From: Nitrospirota bacterium | GTDB lineage: Bacteria; Nitrospirota; UBA9217 | NCBI GenBank assembly: GCA_029858565.1 | Contig: JAOUEV010000056.1 | Location: forward strand, 1-20,701 | Direction: 5' to 3' | Length of the DNA stretch: 20,701 nt | Shown: piece after piece, positions 7,504 through 16,316 of the stretch | Position numbering within the stretch: position 1 is the first letter of the stretch | Layout: every line of letters begins with the position of its first letter | Notes under the pieces: generated by a model | What the model was told of the DNA's origin: nothing | The model's database searches: none | The model's input: only the letters and a program-made list of their open reading frames with translations | Translations under genes and position numbers: made by a program

Positions 7504-8805
7504 CTATACCCCGCCCTTTTCCAGGGTAACCTTCTTCGTCACCTTGTGCCAGGTGATGCCCGATTCCTTGTCCCCGAAAGGCATGTACATCAGCTCGATC
7601 TCCACGGTCATATCGTAATCGAGAATGTTTGTCTTGCCATCCTTGAACTCTGCGGGGAAGGGGATCTCGAACTGCTCATGCACGGGCTTGTGGGGCGGCA
7701 GTCCGTTGTCGCGGATGATGCCGCTCTTTTCATAGGGTCCGCGGCCCATCTTGTCGCCGCGGCCGAGCTGCTGGGGTATGGGCATGTAGATACGGGTGTG
7801 CTTTGCGATCTCTTTACCTTTTGAATCTTTCGCGGTCACTTCCAGGACCAGCCGGTTGGGGGTTGGTCAGCCATCGGGGATCGAGTGGCCCGCGCGGTTG
7901 GTCATGTCGACCTTGACCAGCGTCTGGGGTATCATCTTGGACTTGTCGCGCCAGATGTAGCCCAGCGTTTCGACCTGGAAGTCCACGGCGGACTTGCCGA
8001 AGTTGATGTCGCTGTAGCTCTGCATGTTGTGGCCCATCTTGCTCTTCTTCATGTGGCATTCCTGGCAGCTTTCCTGTCCGCCTTCCGCCCGGTAGGCCCA
8101 GAGATAACTGCCGTAGAGCGTGCCGCACTGCGAAGGGTTCTCGAGCTCGAAGTTCGGCCCCAGGCCGTGGCACTGGCCGCAGAGGATCGACTCGCTCATG
8201 ATCGGGCTCTTCTTCATGACAGCGTGGTTCGAATCTGCGTGCGTTCCATCCTTGGACCCGTAGACCTCGTTCTTCTGCGGGAAACCGTCCACCCACTTAT
8301 GAACGATCGCGTTCCGCTGATGACAGATGAGGCAATTGATGTTGATCGAAGAAAGTTTCTGCTCGATCTTGTCCTTTTCCTCTGACGAGGTAGCCTTGTC
8401 GCCGTATCTGATCGAGAGCTTCACGATCTCCCTGGCAACGTCGTCCGTGGCCTCCGCCATCTGCGGAAGATGGCACTTGAAGCAGACCATCAAATGCTTG
8501 ACCTTCACGTCCTCGGGTTTCTTCACCCCCGAATACTGCCAGCCCATGAGACCGACCTTGACGGTCGTCGCCACGGTCAGTGCTGTTCTGCCGGTGCCGA
8601 AGATGGACCGTGCATGGAGCGACTGGTTCCAGTCGTTGTAGATCCCCTCATGGCACTGTTTGCAGCCGCTTGAGTCGTACATCTTCGCCAGTTCATCGAT
8701 GCTCTTCGCCTTTTTTTCCTCGGCTGCCGTTGCCATGCCGGGAACACCGGCAAGGAGCGGCAGCGCGAGCACTGCGGTTACTGCGATAGATCTTAAAAAC
8801 TTCAT
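7504..8805 (-). CDS. extKL: Selenocysteine-containing pentaheme cytochrome c (ExtKL/MccSep type), about 433 aa, Sec at TGA 7869-7867
   Basis: Signal peptide; five CxxCH motifs (CKQCH, CFKCH, CLICH, CGQCH, CQECH). ...AGHSIPDG-TGA-PTPNRLVLEVTAKD... continues in frame to TAG at 7504. SECIS-like hairpin after the TGA; AGGAGG RBS before ATG 8805. Confidence 0.9.
7832..7852 (-). promoter_or_regulatory. Putative bacterial SECIS element
   Basis: mRNA +15..+35 after UGA folds as GC[U]GGUC-C-UGGAA-G[U]GACC-GC: bulged U and G-containing apical loop at the usual distance. Confidence 0.7.
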
Positions 8806-8873
8806 GCGCACGCCTCCTTTCAGGGATTACTGCGGAGATCGGAGAAACAGCTCGATCTGCAGCATTGTAATAC

Positions 8874-8902
8874 TGTATAGATGCTGTGGAAAATGATGTC
8901 AA
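8874..8902 (-). promoter_or_regulatory. Sigma70 promoter of the cytochrome gene
   Basis: Minus strand reads TTGACA-17 nt-TATACA. Confidence 0.65.
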
Positions 8903-8951
8903 GGAGAATACGTTGTTCTACGGTTAATTGTTCAGAAGAGTGCAGGAAATG

Positions 8952-10187
8952 TCAGTATGTTCGCAGAACAAGAGCGGCATTTAAGCCGCCGAAACCGAAA
9001 GAATTGGAAAGGGCTGCGCGGAGCGGGATTTTCCGAACAGCGTTTGGCACGTAGTCCAGGTCGCATTCCGGATCAGGATGATCGTAGTTGATCGTTGGCG
9101 GGATCATGTTTTCGCGAAGCGCGAGCGCGGTAACTGCTGCTTCGACAGCACCGGCTGCGCCGAGCATATGGCCGAGCATGGATTTGATGGAACTGACGGA
9201 GAGCCTGTTCGCGTGGCCGCCGAAGACCTTCCTGATGGCGCGGGTCTCAACGCGGTCATTGGGGACCGTTGACGTGCCGTGGGCGTTGATATAGTCGATC
9301 ATATCGTGACCCATGTCCGCGTCGGAGAGAGCAAGCTCCATTGCACGTGCAGCTCCGTTCCCGTCGGGGTCCGGCATGGTGTAGTGAAAGGCGTCTGCAG
9401 AGAGACCATACCCGGCAAGTTCGGCGTAGACCCTCGCGCCGCGTTTTTCCGCATGGCCCAGTTCCTCGAGCACCAGCACCGCTGCTCCTTCGGAAAGTAC
9501 GAATCCATCGCGGTCCCGTTCAAAGGGACGGCTTGCCCGGTCCGGAGCGTCGTTGCGCCGCGTCAGAGCCCGTGCCTGGCTGAAGCCCGCAAGCACGAGC
9601 GGAGTGAGCGCGGCTTCGGACCCGCCGGTGATCATGATGTCGGCATCACCGCGCTGGATGATCTTCATGGCCTCGCCGATGGCATGCGTGCCGGTTGCGC
9701 AGGCGGTGGATACGTCGAGGCAGGGGCCCCGGGCGCCCAAGCGCATGGCGATGAAGCCTGAGGCCATGTTTGCCAGGGTCATGGGCGTGTAGAAAGGGGA
9801 AACGGCCCGGTGTCCTGAAGCGAGGAAGGCGATCAGATTTTTCTCGTTCGTCGTAACGCCGCCCCTGCCGGAACCCACCAGCACCCCCGTGAGACGTGAG
9901 GCGTGAGGCGTTAAAGACAACTTCGCATCCTCAGCGGCCATGAGGGCCGAAGCGAGTGCATACTGGATAAAGGGATCGGTCTTGTGACAGTCCTTGGCGC
10001 TCATGAACGCCAAAGGATCAAACCCCCGCACCTCTCCGCCGATCCTGACCGGAAGCGCGGATGCGTCGAACCTCGTGATCGTGGAAATGCCGGAACGACC
10101 ATCGACGAGGTTCTTCCACAGGGTGCGGATATCATTGCCCAGGGGGGTGACTGCTCCCATTCCTGTTATAACGACCCTTCGTTTCAT
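8952..10187 (-). CDS. fabF: 3-oxoacyl-ACP synthase II
   Basis: MKRRVVITGMGAVTPLG start; catalytic TACATG, NAHGTST, KSMLGHMLGAAG; SNSFGFGG. Confidence 0.95.
   Translation of the reverse strand: MKRRVVITGMGAVTPLGNDIRTLWKNLVDGRSGISTITRFDASALPVRIGGEVRGFDPLAFMSAKDCHKTDPFIQYALASALMAAEDAKLSLTPHASRLTGVLVGSGRGGVTTNEKNLIAFLASGHRAVSPFYTPMTLANMASGFIAMRLGARGPCLDVSTACATGTHAIGEAMKIIQRGDADIMITGGSEAALTPLVLAGFSQARALTRRNDAPDRASRPFERDRDGFVLSEGAAVLVLEELGHAEKRGARVYAELAGYGLSADAFHYTMPDPDGNGAARAMELALSDADMGHDMIDYINAHGTSTVPNDRVETRAIRKVFGGHANRLSVSSIKSMLGHMLGAAGAVEAAVTALALRENMIPPTINYDHPDPECDLDYVPNAVRKIPLRAALSNSFGFGGLNAALVLRTY
9888..9915 (+). repeat. Heptamer tandem repeat (CGTGAGR) inside fabF
   Basis: CGTGAGA CGTGAGG CGTGAGG CGTTAAA; encodes LTPHASRLT on the minus strand. 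Confidence 0.6.
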
Positions 10188-10193
10188 AGGGCT

Positions 10194-10222
10194 ATCATAA
10201 GGTTTTTTCAACAGTTTGTCAA
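10194..10222 (-). promoter_or_regulatory. Near-consensus sigma70 promoter of fabF, predicted leaderless
   Basis: Minus strand reads TTGACA-17 nt-TATGAT-6 nt-ATG; no SD sequence. Confidence 0.75.
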
Positions 10223-10246
10223 AAGAGCCGGAAACTTCCGCTTTGT

Positions 10247-10275
10247 TTGAACGCCACGGTATTTTGTGCTATAGT
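10247..10275 (+). promoter_or_regulatory. Sigma70 promoter of the DUF4912 gene (divergent from fabF)
   Basis: TTGAAC-17 nt-TATAGT with extended TG. Confidence 0.6.
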
Positions 10276-10307
10276 TACCGAATAAGCTGGAGGAAAGGGG
10301 AGTCGAG

Positions 10308-11306
10308 ATGAAAAAGGCGGACCTTGAAGGCAAGACCGTTGCGGAACTCAAAGCTCTTGCGAAGAAAAAGGGCATAACGCTCAAGGCCGGTTCGACCAAG
10401 GCCGGATTCATCAGCGCACTTGCCGGATCGCGGGGCGTTGCCCAAAAAACGGCAAAACCCGGGGCCGCAGCAAAGACCAAAGCCAAAGCAAAGCCAAAAA
10501 CAGCTGCAGGCAAAATTGCCGCGAAAAGAACGACAGCTCCGAAGAAGACCGCTGCCAGGAGCGTGGTTGCCCGGAAGGCGGCGACAAAGGCAAGAACGGC
10601 CGCAACACGCACAATAGCGGCGAAACAGCCTGCTCCGAGGGGCGAATGGCAGCTTCCTCCCGGACAGCAGGAGCGGATCGAGGATTCCAAGTACTATACC
10701 GGCATCCGGGAAAGCCGCGGCGCCTCCTCGGGCGGACAACTGCCCCCTGAGTACGGTGAAGAAAGGATCACCGTGCTGTCCCGCGATCCCTATACGCTCT
10801 TCGGTTACTGGGAAGTCCGCCAGGAGCGGCTCGACGCGGAGCGCAGGGCGGCAGGCGGGGACGGCAAGCTCTGCATCCGCGTCTATGACGTGACCGGGAT
10901 CACCTTTGACGGCAGGAACGCAACTTCCACCTTTGATCAGGAAGTGCATGATCGCGTCGGCAGCTGGTATTTCAATTTTGCCCGCCCCAGCCACTGTTTC
11001 TGCGCCGACATCGGCATCCTGTCAAAGGACGGACGGTTCCGAACCATCACGCGGTCCAACATGGTCTCCATGCCCCGCGACGCGGTCTCGGACATCGTGG
11101 ACCAGTCCTGGACCCTGGCGGACGAGGAATTCATGAAACTCTACGGATATCCCGGCGGTGTGCCCTCGGGCATGTCCTCGGCTCAGATCCGGGAGTTTTT
11201 TGCCCAGCGGACGAAGCGGGAAGTCTCGTTACACGGCATCTCCTCGCACGGCATTTCCTCCCACGGCCTCTTCTCGCCCCAGGGGCAGCTGCAGAAGAGA
11301 AAGTGA
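10308..11306 (+). CDS. DUF4912-domain protein with Rho-N-like N-terminus and Lys/Ala-rich linker
   Basis: KTVAELKALAKKKGI N-terminus; LPPEYGEERITVLSRDPYTLFGYWEV...RVYDVT...GSWY...RSN pattern; usual neighbour of GH57 genes. Confidence 0.85.
   Translation: MKKADLEGKTVAELKALAKKKGITLKAGSTKAGFISALAGSRGVAQKTAKPGAAAKTKAKAKPKTAAGKIAAKRTTAPKKTAARSVVARKAATKARTAATRTIAAKQPAPRGEWQLPPGQQERIEDSKYYTGIRESRGASSGGQLPPEYGEERITVLSRDPYTLFGYWEVRQERLDAERRAAGGDGKLCIRVYDVTGITFDGRNATSTFDQEVHDRVGSWYFNFARPSHCFCADIGILSKDGRFRTITRSNMVSMPRDAVSDIVDQSWTLADEEFMKLYGYPGGVPSGMSSAQIREFFAQRTKREVSLHGISSHGISSHGLFSPQGQLQKRK
11232..11276 (+). repeat. 3 x 15-bp coding tandem repeat (HGISS HGISS HGLFS)
   Basis: CACGGCATCTCCTCG CACGGCATTTCCTCC CACGGCCTCTTCTCG. 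Confidence 0.75.
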
Positions 11307-11333
11307 TGAGAATATCAGGATTCATGGTATAAC

Positions 11334-11368
11334 AAGAAAGTCCATCCAGCCGGATGGGCTTTTCTTTT
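11334..11368 (+). terminator. Intrinsic terminator after the DUF4912 gene
   Basis: AAGTCCATCC-AGCC-GGATGGGCTT followed by TTCTTTT. Confidence 0.75.
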
Positions 11369-11420
11369 GAGCAGCGGTTTCAGTATCCTGCCGTCTCAAT
11401 ACGGCAAGGATAAATTCATG

Positions 11421-11524
11421 TCTCACACGAAGACACAAAGATCACGAAGAACGGCGATGTCAATGCCGGTTAGTACAGGTTCATGGACTATTTTTTCTTC
11501 GTGCCTTCGTGTCTTCGTGTGAAA
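11421..11524. repeat. ~104-bp palindromic element whose arms are 9-mer tandem repeats (CACGAAGRC-type)
   Basis: Left arm TCTCACACGAAGACACAAAGATCACGAAGAA; reverse complement of right arm TTTCACACGAAGACACGAAGGCACGAAGAA. Confidence 0.8.
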
Positions 11525-11564
11525 TATAGATTTTACAATGTTTGTGAAGCTTCCCGGAGGTTGA

Positions 11565-13137
<1,573 letters not shown>

Positions 13138-13145
<8 letters not shown>

Positions 13146-14535
13146 TCCTTCAATCCTGAAAGAACTGAGAACGATCGTCGGCTCCGATCATCTGTTCACC
13201 TCACCCGAAGAGCTGGCAGTCTATTCCTATGATGCCACGCGCGTTTCCAGCCTTCCCTGGGCCGTGGCGCGGCCTGCGACAGCGCTCGAGGTCTCCCGGA
13301 TCGTTCAATTGGCCAACAAACATCGCTTTCCCGTTATCCCGCGGGGAGCAGGCACGGGTATGTCCGGCGGATCCGTTCCGGCAAAAGGCGGCGTGGTCCT
13401 GTCATTCGAGCGCATGGACCTGATACTGGATATCGATGTCCTGAACAGGATCGCGATCGTGCAGCCGGGCGTTATTACCGGGGATCTCCACGCGGCGGTC
13501 GAGGCAAAAGGCCTGTTCTATCCTCCCGATCCCGCAAGCTCGGGTTTCTGCACCATCGGAGGGAACGTTGCCGAATGCGCCGGAGGTCTTCGCGCGGTCA
13601 AGTATGGGGTTACCAGGGACTATGTGCTGGGGCTCGAGGTGGTCCTTCCCACGGGAGAGATCATCAGGACCGGCTCGCGCACGCACAAAAGCGTTGCGGG
13701 ATACGACCTGACCAGGCTGATCGTGGGTTCCGAGGGCACGCTGGGTATCGCGACCGAGATCGTTCTCCGGCTGATTCCGGCGCCTGAAAGCATCAGGACC
13801 CTTGCCGCGTTCTTTCTCGACGCAGGCGGGGCGCTTGCCGTGCTGCCGATGATCACCACGGCGGGGATCCTTCCCCGGGCGCTGGAATTCGTAGATCAGG
13901 GGGCGCTCCGGGCCGCGGAACAGCATCTTGGCTGGGAGCTGTCCGACGGCACAGCTGCCATGCTCCTGATAGAGACCGACGGGAGCATGACATCGGCCCG
14001 CGCAGAGATCACCAGGACCGAGGAGTTCTGCGCAGCAGCCGGTGCGGTGAAGGTGGTCCGGGCTGACGAACCCGGTGAGCGAGACCGGCTCTGGAAACTG
14101 CGGCGCTCCATCTCTCCCGCGCTCTACGCGCTCAAGCCCGGGAAACTGAACGAGGACATCGTTGTCCCGCTCTCCCGGATCGCTGATATCCTTGGCGAGA
14201 TAAACAGCATCGCAAAGAAGCACGATCTGCTGATCGTGAACTTCGGCCATGCCGGCGACGGGAACATCCACGTGAACGTCATGTACGACGATGGCGAACG
14301 GACGCGGGCCGAGTCCGCGGTGAGCGCGATCCTCACCGCCGTGGTGCGCATGCAGGGGAGCATATCAGGCGAGCACGGGATCGGGCTTTCCAAGGCGCAG
14401 TATTTGCCCCTTGAGACCGGCGACGAGGCGATCACGGTCATGAAGAAGATCAAGCAGGCTCTGGACCCCAACAATATCATGAACCCGGGAAAGATCTTTT
14501 TGAGTGCGGAACGCGGAGTGCGAAGTGCGGAGTGA
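13138..14535 (+). CDS. glcD: FAD-linked oxidase, GlcD / D-lactate dehydrogenase family
   Basis: PRGAGTGMSGG, YPPDPAS, TIGGNVAECAGG, GSEGTLG, FGHAGDGNIH, GEHGIG, DPNNIMNPGK. Exact substrate not determinable; no glcE/F adjacent. Confidence 0.85.
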
Positions 14536-14536
14536 A
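14502..14536 (+). repeat. Heptamer tandem repeat (GAGTGCG) x5 forming the last codons of glcD
   Basis: GAGTGCG GAACGCG GAGTGCG AAGTGCG GAGTGAA. Confidence 0.7.
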
Positions 14537-14647
14537 ATAGCAGGGAACCTGTTCACTGCCGGGACGCGAAGGACCAGAGGAAATCCGTTTCCCGGGGCAG
14601 CTGGGTCTTGCTGTCCCCGCGACCATTGCGCCTTCGCGGTTCAATTG

Positions 14648-15313
14648 ATGGGATTTCGTTATATTCTGCCTGGCTTTCTAACGGTGCTATTCTTGTTCTC
14701 TGTGACCGTGAGCGTTGTTTCTGCAGCTGCATCCGGAGACAACGCCAGGCAGGTTGAAAAAGATGTCCCGGGCGGCGCCCGTAATGAGGACATCGGCGCG
14801 CTTGAACAAGAGATAGCCGAGTACGAGTTGCAGAACCAGGGGATCAGGAAGCTGGTCCATGATCTGGAGGACGACGACCCCTACATTGTCGTGGATACGG
14901 AGAACAACCGGCTGACGCTGCGCCAGGGAGAGAAGGTCCTGCTGACAGCGGTCGTTGGTACAGGCAGCAGACAGTCAGTAGAAGAAGAGACGGGCAGGAA
15001 CTGGTATTTCGAAAGCCCGCAGGGCTCACTTGCCGTGCTCGGGAAGGAACGGAATCCCGTCTGGATACGGCCGGACTGGTCCTATGTTGAGGAGAACATG
15101 CCTATCCCTCCGCTGAGCGATCCTGACAGGATCGTACGCGAGGTCCTGGGAAAATACGCTCTCATATTAGGGAACGGGTACAAGATACACGGCACAAAAT
15201 ATACAGAACTTCTAGGAACACATTTCACCCACGGGTGTATTTCAGTGGGTGATAAAGACCTTGAATTCCTCTATGGGAACGTAAAAGTGGGTACTAAGGT
15301 CTATATTTATTAG
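14648..15313 (+). CDS. L,D-transpeptidase (YkuD family), exported
   Basis: Hydrophobic N-terminus, coiled coil, YIVVDTENNRLTL, NPVWIRPDW, catalytic IHGT...THGCISV. Start at ATG 14648 is uncertain. Confidence 0.88.
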   Translation: MGFRYILPGFLTVLFLFSVTVSVVSAAASGDNARQVEKDVPGGARNEDIGALEQEIAEYELQNQGIRKLVHDLEDDDPYIVVDTENNRLTLRQGEKVLLTAVVGTGSRQSVEEETGRNWYFESPQGSLAVLGKERNPVWIRPDWSYVEENMPIPPLSDPDRIVREVLGKYALILGNGYKIHGTKYTELLGTHFTHGCISVGDKDLEFLYGNVKVGTKVYIY

Positions 15314-15341
15314 GATTTTAACTTTTTCCGTGTAATTTAAT

Positions 15342-15839
15342 ATGGTTAGACACATACTGGTCATTTTTATCTCCCTGGCGGCCCATCTTGCTGTCATTCA
15401 GTGCCATTCCTTCGCGGAGAGCATTGCTGATACCGAACAGGATCAGCAGAAACTTGCGAAGAAACTGGAGGCGCTCAAGGCAGAGCAGGAGTACCTGCTT
15501 TTCCGCAAGACCTTTTATGAGTCTGATTCAAAATATCTTGTACTTGAACTCTCGTCAGCCAGGGGTTATCTGATGTATCGCAACAGGATCTTGCGGTCAT
15601 TCCGTATTGAGCGGTCTGGCCGTAGCATATCAGCGCCTTTGCATGGCATTATCACCATGACCGGTAAAACCGACAGCACTTCAAAGAACAGGACGCTCTT
15701 GTTCGGGAATATCCTCTTGATCCAGGCAAAGAAGAACAAAGCCGGAGGAAACAAGTTACCCGTCTATGTTGTCGGGAAAAAGGATCTTGCGGCCTTATAC
15801 TATGCACTGGAAGCCGGAGCAATGGCCTATATTAAGTAA
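15342..15839 (+). CDS. Exported protein, probable degenerate YkuD-fold paralogue lacking catalytic His/Cys
   Basis: Signal peptide, coiled coil, KYLVLELSSARGYLMYRNRILRSF, and C-terminal VVGKKDLAALYYALEAGAMAYIK parallel to the upstream gene. Confidence 0.7.
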   Translation: MVRHILVIFISLAAHLAVIQCHSFAESIADTEQDQQKLAKKLEALKAEQEYLLFRKTFYESDSKYLVLELSSARGYLMYRNRILRSFRIERSGRSISAPLHGIITMTGKTDSTSKNRTLLFGNILLIQAKKNKAGGNKLPVYVVGKKDLAALYYALEAGAMAYIK

Positions 15840-16244
15840 CTTTGCAGCTAATTGTAATTATAAGTACTTATAAAACGACATATTATCGTGATACTTGATG
15901 TATCATTGTATGGTAACACTGCATAACTATCGGTAACATTCTGTGAGCCCAATGATCTCACTTTCCACTGCCTGGAAATATCGTTGGTGCTTATTTTCAC
16001 TATTCTTTTACTAGTTGTCCATGTCGTGGTTCCTGCAATAACAACTATCTTGCATCCCTGCGTTTTCCCGATGAAACAATATAATGACAATAAAATTAAT
16101 TGCTTGTAGTTGCACTTAATAACGGCACCACAACATTTTCAAATCCAGTCTAGTTCCCTTAACGTCCTTTGGCGGTTCAGGAACACTAAGTCACACCATA
16201 TTTCCATCCCTTGAAGTTCTATCCCGAGCCGATATCCTCTGGGA

Positions 16245-16260
16245 TGGCACTGTATTTGCT
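16245..16260 (+). promoter_or_regulatory. Sigma54 (-24/-12) promoter
   Basis: TGGCAC-TGTAT-TTGCT, an exact match to TGGCAC-N5-TTGCW, 56 nt before ATG 16317. Confidence 0.85.
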
Positions 16261-16316
16261 ATTAATTTCATGACGATAATCCCTTTTTTGCGGTCACCAG
16301 GGGAAATGTACTTAAG

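Noticed and set aside
7504-7839. Separate 111-aa protein, or a nonsense-mutated cytochrome pseudogene
   Set aside because: Better explained as the post-UGA half of a selenoprotein: same frame, SECIS-like hairpin, family precedent.
11421-11524. Possible CRISPR or IS end
   Set aside because: The arms are inverted, not direct repeats with spacers; there is no transposase and no evident target-site duplication.
14504-14647. N-terminal 48-aa extension of the L,D-transpeptidase ORF
   Set aside because: Translated repeat DNA overlapping the end of glcD; the signal-like segment starts at ATG 14648.
15848-16090. 80-aa minus-strand ORF in the AT-rich spacer
   Set aside because: TTG start, no RBS, atypical codon usage and no motif.
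16111-16127. TGCACTTAATAACGGCA as an NtrC-type enhancer site
   Set aside because: Only one half-site matches well; too weak to call by eye.
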